From contig CAYXRC010000003.1 in the NCBI GenBank assembly GCA_964466295.1, forward strand, positions 87,059 to 151,058: a stretch of 64,000 nucleotides of DNA, in the 5' to 3' direction. Below the pieces are notes generated by a model. The model did not search any database and was not told the origin of the DNA. It saw nothing but the letters and a program-made list of their open reading frames with translations. Within the stretch, counting starts at the first letter, position 1. Each line of letters opens with the position of its first letter. Shown here piece by piece: positions 1 through 9,402 of the stretch. A program made the translations under genes and the position numbers. This DNA is from an uncultured Ruminococcus sp. Lineage in GTDB: Bacteria > Bacillota > Clostridia > CAKSNL01 > HGM11501.

Positions 1-57
1 GACGGAACCGCTACGTCGGAAATCGGAACAACTCCGGACAAGCTTCCTCCTTCCTGA
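1..57 (+). CDS. 3' end of an unidentified + strand gene (partial; in-frame TGA at 55-57)
   Basis: Open frame from the window edge reads ...DGTATSEIGTTPDKLPPS* and is immediately followed by a terminator hairpin. The product is not recognisable. Confidence 0.2.
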   Translation, partial: DGTATSEIGTTPDKLPPS

Positions 58-65
58 CGCTTCCC

Positions 66-108
66 AAAAAAATACACTGCGTGCACATGCACGCAGTGTA
101 TTTTTTTA
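66..108. terminator. bidirectional rho-independent terminator
   Basis: Stem tacactgcgtgc / gcacgcagtgta with loop acat, flanked by an A-run upstream and a T-run downstream. It sits between the partial + gene and ispF. Confidence 0.7.
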
Positions 109-112
109 TTAT

Positions 113-571
113 TTACTCTGCCAATAAAACGGCATAGGCTTTAACCAGCTCGCCTCTTCCAACTGCGTCCGCACCCTCCTCGGTTTTGGCTTTGACGCTT
201 ATATTGGAAATTTCCGTATTCATGGCAAATGCCAGATTTTCTCTTATTTTTTCAATATAAGGAGCTATTTTCGGCCTCTCGGCAAGCACGGTACAGTCTA
301 AATTAATTATTTTACACGAGGTAATTTCCATCGCTTTTTTTAAAAGCTCAACCGAATCCGCTCCCCTAAACCTTTCATCGCTGTCGGGAAAGTGCCTTCC
401 TATATCCATATTTGCCGCAGCGCCGAAAACCGCATCGATTACTGCATGGGTCAAAACATCAGCGTCGGAATGTCCGAAAAGTCCCTTTTCAAACGGGATT
501 TTTACGCCTCCCAATATAAAATCTCTGCCCTCTTTTACTCTGTGGCTGTCATATCCGAAGCCGATTCTCAT
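113..571 (-). CDS. ispF: 2-C-methyl-D-erythritol 2,4-cyclodiphosphate synthase
   Basis: 152-aa ORF with the characteristic IspF core (GYDSHR..., HSDADV..H, DIG..FPD). Its length fits, and it lies immediately downstream of ispD. Confidence 0.9.
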   Translation of the reverse strand: MRIGFGYDSHRVKEGRDFILGGVKIPFEKGLFGHSDADVLTHAVIDAVFGAAANMDIGRHFPDSDERFRGADSVELLKKAMEITSCKIINLDCTVLAERPKIAPYIEKIRENLAFAMNTEISNISVKAKTEEGADAVGRGELVKAYAVLLAE

Positions 572-575
572 TATT

Positions 576-1268
576 TTATCTCCCTTTTTTACGTATTATA
601 TTTTGGGCAATATATATATCCTCTTTTACGGTAAGCTTTATATTATCTACCGAGCCCTCGGTTATTTTTACCGGCTCCCCCGTAAGTTCAAGAAGCATAG
701 TATCGTCGGTTACTCTTATATTTTCTTCTCTTGCCTTTTCATGCCCCTTTAAAATTTTATCTCGCATGAAGCCCTGAGGGGTCTGAATAAGGAAAAGCGC
801 CTCCCGATCCACCGTTTTTTCAATCATTCCGTCTGAAGCCTTTTTAACGGTATCCGTAACCTTAATCCCCGGCGCCGCCGCACCGTACTTTTCAGTATTT
901 CTTATCACGTCGTTTATTATTTTTTCATCTGTAAACGCTCTTGCGCCGTCGTGTATAAGTAAAATACCGTCCTCAGCTTCACGCACCGCAAGATAGGACG
1001 ACTCCTGCCTGTCCTTACCTCCTTCAATTATTTTCAGAGGTTTATTTTTTGCTTCTGCCAAGGAGATTTTCCTTACCGTTTCCAACTCATTTTTTGCGGC
1101 GGCGATTATTATTTCGTCCACAAACGGGTTTTCTCCGAACAGCGCTACCGTATAGGAAAGCACGCTCTTTCCCGAAATATCAAGTAATATTTTATTTTTA
1201 CCGGCCCTCATTCTCGAGCCCATACCGGCGGCAAGTATCAAAGCCGTAACATAATGCGATTCATACAT
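576..1268 (-). CDS. ispD: 2-C-methyl-D-erythritol 4-phosphate cytidylyltransferase
   Basis: 230 aa with the N-terminal ILAAGMGSRM nucleotidyltransferase motif. The ispD-ispF gene pair supports the call. Confidence 0.85.
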   Translation of the reverse strand: MYESHYVTALILAAGMGSRMRAGKNKILLDISGKSVLSYTVALFGENPFVDEIIIAAAKNELETVRKISLAEAKNKPLKIIEGGKDRQESSYLAVREAEDGILLIHDGARAFTDEKIINDVIRNTEKYGAAAPGIKVTDTVKKASDGMIEKTVDREALFLIQTPQGFMRDKILKGHEKAREENIRVTDDTMLLELTGEPVKITEGSVDNIKLTVKEDIYIAQNIIRKKGR

Positions 1269-1280
1269 ATTTTTCTCCGG

Positions 1281-1760
1281 TCATCCAAAAATACATTTTT
1301 CTATTTCTGCCGAAACTTCCTCCTTAGAGGAGTCTAAAGACAGGACAAGCTCGCTTATTAATATTTGTTTTGAGTCTGACAGCATTTTCCTCTCTCCTGT
1401 GGAAAGTCCCTTAGCTCTGTCCCTTTTCATAAGCATTTTAACCACAGTCGCAACCGAAAACACATCACCGCTTTTTATTTTGTCAAGGTTTTCCCTGTAG
1501 CGTCTGTTCCAGCTTAAATTTTCTTCCTCTTCATCGGTTTTTAAAAATTCAAGCACTTTTAATGCCTCATTTTTAGGCACCACTTTTCTCAGCCCCGTCG
1601 CCTCGGAGTTATCCACGGGAATCATTACTTTCATATCCCCAACCGGCATCCTCATCGTATAATAAAAATGCTTCTGACCGAGAACGTTTTTTTCCTCGAT
1701 AGCATCAATTATTCCTGCGCCGTGAGTAGGATAAAGCACCTTGTCTCCGATATTATACAT
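1281..1760 (-). CDS. CarD/CdnL family transcriptional regulator
   Basis: From the start, MYNIGDKVLYPTHGAGIIDAIEEK... matches the N-terminal RNAP-interacting domain of CarD/CdnL. A GGGGG ribosome-binding site lies upstream of that ATG. The longer ORF reaching 1814 is an upstream extension. Confidence 0.8.
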   Translation of the reverse strand: MYNIGDKVLYPTHGAGIIDAIEEKNVLGQKHFYYTMRMPVGDMKVMIPVDNSEATGLRKVVPKNEALKVLEFLKTDEEEENLSWNRRYRENLDKIKSGDVFSVATVVKMLMKRDRAKGLSTGERKMLSDSKQILISELVLSLDSSKEEVSAEIEKCIFG

Positions 1761-2070
1761 ACCATCGCCCCCGTTATAAAAGGATCTTAGCGGTATACTT
1801 GTATGCGCTGTCACATAGAGTTTTCCTTAAAGTCCCAAAAAAGAATACATATCTTTTTAAGAGCATGCTGTGGTGTTCCGACAAGTATTATGTTATTTAA
1901 GCATATTATATCACAAGCTTAATTTTTTGTCAAAAGCATTCTTTTTTATTTTTAAATAAAACATATTGCCATTATAAATATTTTAAGCATGAAAATTAAA
2001 ATAATATATAGACTAAAAGATAATTTTGTGTTATATTATATAAAGATGTTTTAAGAGAGGATGACTTTTA

Positions 2071-3978
2071 TTGAAACACGGATTTTTTAAAACCGCCGCC
2101 GCAACGGTACCTATAAAAACTGCGGATCCGGGCTTTAATGCAGAAAATATCATTGCCGCAATGCAAAAGGCCGAAGAAAATAAGGTTAAGCTTTTAGTCT
2201 TTCCCGAGCTTTGCTTAACCGGCTATACCTCAGGTGATTTGTTTTTTCAGGACGAGCTTAGGGAAAAAGCCGTATCTGCGCTTTTTAAGGTTTTAAGCGC
2301 AAGCAAAAATACGGGAGCTGTCACTTTCTTAGGACTGCCTTTAGTAAATAATTCCAAGCTTTATAACTGCGCTGCAGCAATATACAAGGGCGAAATTTTA
2401 GGGATTATTCCCAAAAGCTTTATTCCCAATTACGGTGAATTTTACGAATACCGTCATTTTGCCCCTGCTCCTAAAGAAAACGGCAAAATAAATATCGGTA
2501 CAAAGGAATATCCCTTCGGCACAAAAATCATTTTCGCCTCTAAGGAAAGCCCGGCTTTTAAAATATCCTGTGAAATATGCGAAGATTTATGGGTGCCCTC
2601 TCCTCCCTCTGTTTCCCATGCTATGGCAGGCGCCACCGTTATTGTGAATCTTTCTGCCAGTGACGAGCTTATCGGGAAAAAGGAATACAGGAAAAATCTT
2701 GTAAAAAGTCAGTCGTCACGTCTTTTATCCGCCTATGTATACGCAGACGCAGGATACGGGGAATCCACTCAGGACATGGTATTTTCAGGGCATAACATTA
2801 TCTCCGAAAACGGTACCGTTCTTAAAGAAAGCAAGCTTTTTGAAAACGGCATGATAATAACCGAAATCGACGTTCAGCGTCTTTTATACGAAAGAATCAG
2901 GCAAAACACATTTACCGAGGATACCTCAGGCTACGAAACGGTATATTTTTCCATGCCGATAGAGGAAACCTCTCTTACAAGAGCCTTTGAAAAACGCCCC
3001 TTTGTGCCCGATGACGAGTCTAAAAGGCAGGAGCGCTGTGAAACAATTTTAGAGATACAGTCTGAGGGACTTAAAAAAAGAATTGAGCACACCTTTTCCA
3101 AAAAGGCGGTAATAGGAATATCCGGAGGTCTTGATTCAAGCCTTGCGCTTTTAGTCGCTAAGCGTGCGCTTGAAAAGTCAGGACGTCCGATGAGCGATAT
3201 TTTAGCGGTAACAATGCCCTGCTTCGGCACTACAAAAAGAACGAAAAGCAATGCCGAGCGCCTTTGCGAGGCGATTGGAACAAGCTTTATGAGCATTGAT
3301 ATAAAAGCTTCGGTTAATCAGCATTTTTCGGATATAGGACATGATGAAGAAAAGCTTGACGTTGTTTACGAAAACGCTCAGGCCAGAGAGCGCACCAAGG
3401 TTCTTATGGATCTTGCCAATGAAACAGGAGGTATTGTTATAGGAACCGGCGACCTTTCTGAGTTAGCTCTCGGCTGGGCGACCTATAACGGAGATCACAT
3501 GTCGATGTACGCCGTTAATGCCTCCGTCCCCAAGACATTGGTGCGCCATATTGTAAAATATGTCGCCGACACCTCGGACAACTCACCCTTGTCGGAGGCG
3601 CTTTACGATATATTAAAAACTCCCGTAAGCCCCGAGCTTCTGCCTGCCGAAAACGGAGAAATCTCTCAAAAAACCGAGGAGCTTGTGGGGCCTTATGACC
3701 TTCACGATTTTTTCCTTTACTATATGGTAAGATTGGGCTTTGCCCCCGAAAAGATATACAGGCTGTGCCTTTTATCCTATAAGGACGAATATGACGAAAA
3801 TACAATAAAATACTGGCTCAAAACCTTTGTACGTCGGTTTTTCTCCCAGCAGTTTAAAAGGTCCTGCCTCCCCGACGGTCCTAAGGTCGGAACAGTTACG
3901 CTCTCTCCCCGGGGCGACTGGCGTATGCCCTCTGACGCCTCAGGCACAGAATGGCTTTCGGAAATTGAAAAACTCTAA
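2071..3978 (+). CDS. nadE: glutamine-dependent NAD+ synthetase (N-terminal nitrilase/CN-hydrolase domain plus NAD synthase domain)
   Basis: 635 aa. The N-terminal CN-hydrolase fold carries the catalytic C in CEICEDLW. The C-terminal domain has the GISGGLDSS PP-loop of NAD synthetases. TTG start after an AGAGAGG ribosome-binding site. Confidence 0.9.
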   Translation: MKHGFFKTAAATVPIKTADPGFNAENIIAAMQKAEENKVKLLVFPELCLTGYTSGDLFFQDELREKAVSALFKVLSASKNTGAVTFLGLPLVNNSKLYNCAAAIYKGEILGIIPKSFIPNYGEFYEYRHFAPAPKENGKINIGTKEYPFGTKIIFASKESPAFKISCEICEDLWVPSPPSVSHAMAGATVIVNLSASDELIGKKEYRKNLVKSQSSRLLSAYVYADAGYGESTQDMVFSGHNIISENGTVLKESKLFENGMIITEIDVQRLLYERIRQNTFTEDTSGYETVYFSMPIEETSLTRAFEKRPFVPDDESKRQERCETILEIQSEGLKKRIEHTFSKKAVIGISGGLDSSLALLVAKRALEKSGRPMSDILAVTMPCFGTTKRTKSNAERLCEAIGTSFMSIDIKASVNQHFSDIGHDEEKLDVVYENAQARERTKVLMDLANETGGIVIGTGDLSELALGWATYNGDHMSMYAVNASVPKTLVRHIVKYVADTSDNSPLSEALYDILKTPVSPELLPAENGEISQKTEELVGPYDLHDFFLYYMVRLGFAPEKIYRLCLLSYKDEYDENTIKYWLKTFVRRFFSQQFKRSCLPDGPKVGTVTLSPRGDWRMPSDASGTEWLSEIEKL

Positions 3979-3986
3979 CAAGGCAT

Positions 3987-4018
3987 AAAAATATGCACCC
4001 TTATGGGTGCATATTTTT
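3987..4018. terminator. bidirectional terminator between convergent genes
   Basis: aaaaatatgcaccc ttat gggtgcatattttt is a perfect 10-bp GC-containing stem with A/T runs on both sides. Confidence 0.75.
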
Positions 4019-4448
4019 ACTTTACTATTGTTACTTTTCTTGCCTCGCCGTCCCAGGAAACCGAAGCCCCGAGTGCTTCTGACACCGCTCTTAACGGAAC
4101 TAAGGTACGACCGTTATTTATAAAGGGGACAACATCAAGGACGATATCCTTACTTTCGCCCGTTGCCACATCGAATACGTTAAACGACTCAGCTCCGATT
4201 TTAATCACCATTATTTTGCTTCCCTCGGTTGCCATTATAAGCTGCTGTTCTCCATGCCACGTCACGTTTGCGCCCAGCGCCTCAAACACCGCTCTCATAG
4301 GAACAAAGGTACGTCCCTCGACAATTTCCGGCGGTACGTCGGAAACAAGCTCTTTTCCGTTTACCGTAATCTTTATTTCACCTTCGGCAAATACTGTAAA
4401 CGAGAAAAGCAGTGTAAGCGCCAGCACAGTGGCAAATATTTTTTTCAT
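4017..4448 (-). CDS. secreted copper amine oxidase-like N-terminal domain (stalk) protein
   Basis: 143 aa with a signal peptide (MKKIFATVLALTLLFSFTVFA). It contains two repeats of the (F/L)VPLRAVSEALGA..W motif typical of Cu_amine_oxidN1 domains in clostridial surface proteins. Confidence 0.6.
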   Translation of the reverse strand: MKKIFATVLALTLLFSFTVFAEGEIKITVNGKELVSDVPPEIVEGRTFVPMRAVFEALGANVTWHGEQQLIMATEGSKIMVIKIGAESFNVFDVATGESKDIVLDVVPFINNGRTLVPLRAVSEALGASVSWDGEARKVTIVK

Positions 4449-4607
4449 ATTTTATCCCTCCGTATATTTATTGCTTTAATTATACACGATTTTATATTGA
4501 TTTGTCAATCTGTTTTATAATTAAACCGCAAAATAACGGTTTTTATAATATTTTTTAGTTGAAATATAATTTAGAATGTTGTAAAATAATAAAAAAGGAG
4601 GCTTTTT

Positions 4608-5150
4608 ATGTACTATGTTTTATTGGCGGAGGGCTTTGAGGAAATCGAAGCTCTGACACAGACTGACGTATTAAGACGCGCCGGCATCGACGTTATGAAT
4701 GTTGGGCTTTCCGGAGAGCTTATTTCAGGCGCCCACGGTATTTCGGTAAAGTGCGATATTACAATAGATGAAGCAGTCAAAAAAAATGACGCCGAAGGCG
4801 TTATTCTTCCCGGAGGTATGCCCGGTACATTAAATATTGCGGCATGCTCATCCGCTGTGGCTCTTATCAAAAAAACCTATGACGAGGGCAAGCTTGTTGC
4901 CGCAATTTGCGCCGCTCCCTCGGTTTTAGGCTCGCTGGGAATATTAAAGGGCAAAAAATGCACCTGTTATCCGGGGTTTGAGGATCGTCTTGCCGGCGGA
5001 ATTATAGTTTCGGATAAGGTCGTAATTGACAAAAACGTTATTACCTCAAAAGGTCCCGGAACGGCTTTGGACTTTGCCTTGGCTCTTTGCCGGTACATTA
5101 CCTCAAAAGATATGTCCGAGCTTTCGGAAAAAATGATATATAAGGGATAA
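4608..5150 (+). CDS. DJ-1/PfpI (ThiJ) family protein
   Basis: 180 aa with the nucleophile elbow AICAAP and a PGG motif, in the DJ-1 fold pattern. A GGAGG ribosome-binding site is present. Confidence 0.8.
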   Translation: MYYVLLAEGFEEIEALTQTDVLRRAGIDVMNVGLSGELISGAHGISVKCDITIDEAVKKNDAEGVILPGGMPGTLNIAACSSAVALIKKTYDEGKLVAAICAAPSVLGSLGILKGKKCTCYPGFEDRLAGGIIVSDKVVIDKNVITSKGPGTALDFALALCRYITSKDMSELSEKMIYKG

Positions 5151-5156
5151 AAGACC

Positions 5157-6128
5157 ATGAAAAAGAATCTTATTGTCTGCTTAATTTCCGCATTTTTATG
5201 TATTTCGGCGTTTTTTGTTTTTGCCGATGTATCCGGTCTTTTCCCCGGTGCTAAGGTTATAATCAACGTAGAGGAGGGAGAAGGTCTTAAAACCGTTGCG
5301 GTAAAAATCAAAAAAAGCGGAGTGATTGACTTTGCGCCCTTATTTGAAATTTACGCAAGAGCAAAGGGCTTTGACACTAAAATAAAAGCCGGAGAGCATA
5401 CAATGGAAAAAAACATGGGCTACGAAAAAGCGGTATCTGTCCTCACCTCCGTTTCCGAAAGCAGCGGAGATATAACCTTTACCGTACCGGAGGGCTTTGA
5501 GATATACCGTCTTGCCGAAAAGGCCGCCGAGGTTTTGGATATTCCTGCCGAAGAATTTTTAAGAGCCCAGAACGATGAATTTTCCTTTGCTTTTTTATCT
5601 GAAATCCCCATGCGAGAAAACCGGCTTGAGGGCTATCTCTTCCCCGACACCTATAGGATTAAAAAAGGCTCTTCGGCAAAGGAGCTTATAGAAAAAATGC
5701 TGAGCCGTTTTTCCGAAATATGGACCGATGAATTCACTGCCCGTTCAAAAGAACTGGGCATGACAAGGGACGAAGTTATTATACTTGCCTCAATTATAGA
5801 AAGAGAGGCCGGAGGTAAAGAAGAGATGGGAAAGGTTTCCTCAGTTTTTCACAACCGCCTTAAAATCGGTATGCCGCTTCAGTCCTGTGCCACCGTACAG
5901 TATATATTAAAGGAGCGCAAGGACGTGCTGTCAATAGAGGATACGAAAATCAGCTCTCCTTACAATACATATATAAATACGGGGCTTCCCATAGGTCCTA
6001 TCTCAAGTCCCGGAAAGGACGCTATCACTGCGGCGCTCTATCCTGAGGATACCGATTACTATTATTTTAAGGTCGGCGAGGATGGAAAAACCGTATTTTC
6101 AAAAACACTTGCAGAGCATAATTCATAA
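5157..6128 (+). CDS. mltG: endolytic murein transglycosylase MltG (YceG-like)
   Basis: 323 aa with an N-terminal transmembrane segment and the YceG signature (EG.RLEGYLFPDTY, ASIIEREA, TPYNTY..GLPIGPIS). Confidence 0.85.
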   Translation: MKKNLIVCLISAFLCISAFFVFADVSGLFPGAKVIINVEEGEGLKTVAVKIKKSGVIDFAPLFEIYARAKGFDTKIKAGEHTMEKNMGYEKAVSVLTSVSESSGDITFTVPEGFEIYRLAEKAAEVLDIPAEEFLRAQNDEFSFAFLSEIPMRENRLEGYLFPDTYRIKKGSSAKELIEKMLSRFSEIWTDEFTARSKELGMTRDEVIILASIIEREAGGKEEMGKVSSVFHNRLKIGMPLQSCATVQYILKERKDVLSIEDTKISSPYNTYINTGLPIGPISSPGKDAITAALYPEDTDYYYFKVGEDGKTVFSKTLAEHNS

Positions 6129-6180
6129 ATGCTTTACGCTAAAAACCAAATCAGACTTAAATTATTTATCTTATAAAATT

Positions 6181-6230
6181 AAAGCTAAATGGTGCGGCGG
6201 TTTGTAAAACTCCCGCACCATTTAGCTTTC
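6181..6230. terminator. terminator hairpin between convergent mltG and deoR-family gene
   Basis: Perfect 15-bp stem agctaaatggtgcgg / ccgcaccatttagct with a 15-nt loop. Confidence 0.6.
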
Positions 6231-6241
6231 TATGTCAAGAA

Positions 6242-6934
6242 TTAAAGAATAATTATCCCACCGGCCTCTTCACTCCGGCAAAGCGTAAAGGCGTATTTTT
6301 TGTGCTGTTTGGTACTGTCAAACAGAAAAATATTCTTTTTGCAGTTTTGCATTACGGTTTTTCTTACGGCGGTCTGCCTAAAGTCCGAGTCGCTTATGAT
6401 TCCGTCGTCAGAAATTCCAAGAGCCGAAAAGAACGCAATATCTGCGTTAATGCTTCTTAAAAATTCCTCCGTACGGCTTCCTACCGTGCACATATCGTGC
6501 TCATAATAATCGCCTCCCGCAAAAATACACCTTATATGGTACTTTGACGCCTCTAAAAGATTTTGAACGGAATTTGTAATCACCGTAATCTCCTTATATT
6601 CCGAGAGCAGAGGTATTATATACATACATGTTGATGAGCTGTCTATAAAAATAACCTTAGAATCGGACAAATACTTTTTCGCCTCTTTTGAAAGACGGTC
6701 TTTTTCGTTAGTTCTAAAAAGCTTCCTTGCTTCAACCGGGAGAAAGCTATCGTCCACAGAATAAACCGCACCTCCCCGGTATCTTTTAATATACCCCGCC
6801 TCATTAAGCTCTTTCAAATCTCTCCGTACAGTCATTTCACTAACAAAAAAATAGGAGGACAGCTTTCTTACGGACGCATGCTTTTCGCTCTTTAAATATT
6901 CTATCATTTTCTCCTGTCTTTCATTTAAAACCAT
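6242..6934 (-). CDS. DeoR/GlpR family transcriptional repressor
   Basis: 230 aa with an N-terminal DeoR HTH (RQEKMIEYL..ASVRKLSSYFFVSEMTVRRDLKEL) and a C-terminal sugar-phosphate binding domain. It is divergent from a catabolic operon. Confidence 0.85.
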   Translation of the reverse strand: MVLNERQEKMIEYLKSEKHASVRKLSSYFFVSEMTVRRDLKELNEAGYIKRYRGGAVYSVDDSFLPVEARKLFRTNEKDRLSKEAKKYLSDSKVIFIDSSSTCMYIIPLLSEYKEITVITNSVQNLLEASKYHIRCIFAGGDYYEHDMCTVGSRTEEFLRSINADIAFFSALGISDDGIISDSDFRQTAVRKTVMQNCKKNIFLFDSTKQHKKYAFTLCRSEEAGGIIIL

Positions 6935-6960
6935 TTCCGTAGCCTCCGTTATTTGTTCGC

Positions 6961-6990
6961 AAATGTTTGTTTATAAACATTTCGAACATT
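6961..6990. promoter_or_regulatory. candidate DeoR operator: palindrome AAATGTTT-6-AAACATTT followed by a third half-site AACATTT
   Basis: Perfect inverted repeat aaatgtttgtttataaacattt followed by cgaacattt. It lies immediately upstream of the -35 of the divergent operon promoter. Confidence 0.45.
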
Positions 6991-6992
6991 TA

Positions 6993-7021
6993 TTGACATT
7001 TTCCGCCGTATGACATATGAT
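6993..7021 (+). promoter_or_regulatory. sigma-A type promoter (TTGACA-17-TATGAT) for the PHP / kinase-fragment / ADH operon
   Basis: TTGACA at 6993-6998 and TATGAT at 7016-7021, separated by 17 bp. Confidence 0.6.
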
Positions 7022-7125
7022 AATATGTGTTCATTTATATACTTATTTTATCATATATATAAGCTTAATTCAAGAGCAAAGTACTCAAGGCATGATCAGT
7101 TAAAAGGTATAAAGGGGGTAAATAA

Positions 7126-7951
7126 TTTGTTTGACAGTCATATGCATACGAAAAATTCGCCTGACAGTAAACAAACAATTGATGAGGTTTGCACTTCGGC
7201 AATTGCAAGAGGTCTTAACGGCATAGCGATAACAGATCATGTCGATATGTGGTTTTATAAAAAAGAAAATACGGAGGAAAGAATACGCTGCTGTATTAAA
7301 GACGTAAATGCCGCAAGAGAAAAATATAAGGATAAGCTAAATATATTTCAGGGCGTGGAGATGGCTGAATATATGTATTCCCCCGTTGAAGCGGATATTA
7401 TAATGACCCTTACCGACTATGATGTAATTTTAGGCTCAGTTCACAGTGTATTTTTTGAGGATTGGACCGACAGCTATTCAAGACTTCCCTTTGACAAAGA
7501 ATCAACCTCCGACAGGAAGATAATCGGGTTTCTTCATGAATATTTTTCGAAAGTAACCGAAATGGTTGAAAACACCGATATTGATGTCATGAGTCATCTT
7601 ACCTGTCCTTTAAGATATATAAACGGAAAGTACGGCAGAGGAGTCGATATTTCCTTATTCTATCAGGAAATTGAGTATATTCTGAACGTAATTATAGAGC
7701 AACGGATTGCTTTGGAGGTGAATACCTCCGGTATCAATACAAGCTTAAAGGAATTTATGCCGTGCTATGATATTATTAAGAAGTATTATTCCTTTGGCGG
7801 ACGGCTGATAACGATAGGCTCTGATGCACACGTGCCCCAAAACGTAGGAAACGGAATTAATGAAGCAAAAAGCGCCTTAAAGGAAATAGGCTTTAAGCAT
7901 TACAATTACTATGAAAAAAGAAAACCTAAGGAGGTGCCCACAGATGTTTGA
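7126..7951 (+). CDS. PHP-domain phosphoesterase (histidinol-phosphatase-like family)
   Basis: Begins at a TTG 8 nt after AAGGGGG and opens with the metal-binding motif FDSHMHT, followed by further PHP His/Asp motifs (ITDH, GSVH, GSDAH). The 7010 ATG of the six-frame ORF lies inside the promoter -10, so I rejected it. Confidence 0.7.
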
Positions 7952-8333
7952 TATAATGAAGGTATCAAAAGAAGAGGCTTTAATGCTGGAATGCGAAAAA
8001 GATATTGACCGGGCGGCAAGAAAAATCATGGATTTCGGACCTAAAATTCTCCTTATAACCGACGGAGCCAACGGCGTTACATATTATTGCCATGGGAGTA
8101 AGGGCTTTATCCCGTCTTTAAGGGTAAAGGCAGTTGATACAACAGGCGCAGGAGATATATTTTTCGGAACGTTTATCTACGAGCTTTTAAAATACGGAAA
8201 GTCATTAAACGAAATAAAAACAGAGGATATTGAAAGGTATATAGAAATGGCGGTAAGGACATCGGGGCTTAGTACAAAAAAGACCGGAGCGATTACCTCC
8301 ATTCCTGAATATGAGGAGGCGTTAAATTTATGA
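7944..8333 (+). CDS. PfkB (ribokinase-like) carbohydrate kinase, C-terminal domain only (truncated gene or remnant)
   Basis: 130-aa ORF with its own AAGGAGG ribosome-binding site. It contains the PfkB C-terminal motifs (ITDGANG; DTTGAGD anion hole). The whole N-terminal sugar-binding portion, about 180 aa, is missing. Its start overlaps the PHP stop, and its stop overlaps the ADH start (ATGA). Confidence 0.65.
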   Translation: MFDIMKVSKEEALMLECEKDIDRAARKIMDFGPKILLITDGANGVTYYCHGSKGFIPSLRVKAVDTTGAGDIFFGTFIYELLKYGKSLNEIKTEDIERYIEMAVRTSGLSTKKTGAITSIPEYEEALNL

Positions 8334-9355
8334 AAAGTGCGGTTTTTTTGGGAAAAGAAAATTTAAAAATTGAGGAAATCAAGGTACCGGATATAAAGGC
8401 GAACGAGGTTTTAATAAAGGTATACGCCTGCGGTATATGCGGAACGGATATGCATATTTTTGACGGCGATGAGGGGGCGGCCGCAACCCCTCCGGGAACA
8501 GTTCTCGGTCATGAATTTGCCGGCGAAATTGTCAAAATCGGGTCAGCGGTAACCGATTTTAAGGTCGGCGACAGAGTGTGCGTTGACCCGAACAAGCTTT
8601 GTAACAAATGCTATTACTGCAAGAGTGGAATGGGGCATTTCTGCACCGATATGGTAGGAATAGGTACGACGGTTAACGGCGGATTTTCGGAGTATTGCGC
8701 CGTACCGGATTCGCAGGTATATAAGTTCTCGGACAGCACATCATATAAAAAAGCTGCCATGACCGAGCCGGTAGCCTGCTGTCTGCACGGAATAGATATG
8801 TGCAACATAAAGCATAGCGATACCGTAGCAATAATCGGTGCCGGTATGATTGGTCTTATTATGCTTCAGCTTGCAAAGCTCAGCGGCGCCAAAAAGCTTA
8901 TTGTCCTTGAGCCTATTGAAGAAAAGAGGAAAATTGCAAAAGCCCTCGGTGCAGATCTCACAATAGACTCGGTAAACGAGGATGTTAATGCCGTTCTTGC
9001 GGAAAAAGGGATAAAGCAGATTGATGTTGTTATAGAATGTGTCGGCAGAATAAACACCATTGAAACAGGTATTGAAATAGCCGGAAAGCACTCAACACTT
9101 ATGATGTTCGGTCTTACAAGGCCGGACGACATACTTCCTATTAAACCCTTTGAGATATTTAAAAAGGAAATTGTGCTTAAGGCTTCGTATATCAACCCGT
9201 ATACTCAGGAGCGTGCTCTCGGTCTGATTGATTCGGGAAAGATTGACGTTGAATCTATGATATACAAAGAAATACCGTTAACGGAGCTGCCAAAGCTTCT
9301 TTCTGATAAAAAAGAGCGGTCAAAGGGTAAATATATAGTTAATCCGTCATTATAA
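8330..9355 (+). CDS. Zn-dependent medium-chain alcohol/polyol dehydrogenase (threonine/sorbitol dehydrogenase-like)
   Basis: 341 aa with the catalytic Zn motif CGICGTDMH, the structural Zn cysteines CNKCYYCKSGMGHFC and the Rossmann motif GAGMIG. Confidence 0.85.
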   Translation: MKSAVFLGKENLKIEEIKVPDIKANEVLIKVYACGICGTDMHIFDGDEGAAATPPGTVLGHEFAGEIVKIGSAVTDFKVGDRVCVDPNKLCNKCYYCKSGMGHFCTDMVGIGTTVNGGFSEYCAVPDSQVYKFSDSTSYKKAAMTEPVACCLHGIDMCNIKHSDTVAIIGAGMIGLIMLQLAKLSGAKKLIVLEPIEEKRKIAKALGADLTIDSVNEDVNAVLAEKGIKQIDVVIECVGRINTIETGIEIAGKHSTLMMFGLTRPDDILPIKPFEIFKKEIVLKASYINPYTQERALGLIDSGKIDVESMIYKEIPLTELPKLLSDKKERSKGKYIVNPSL

Positions 9356-9402
9356 AAAAATTTTGTGACTTAAAATATGAGAAAGCAGGTTGAGTTTTTA
9401 AA

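Noticed and set aside
7010-7125. ATG at 7010 as start of the PHP phosphatase (the 313-aa six-frame ORF)
   Set aside because: This ATG lies inside the predicted -10 hexamer of the operon promoter and has no ribosome-binding site. A TTG at 7126 preceded by AAGGGGG gives a protein of canonical PHP length starting at the metal-binding DSHMH motif.
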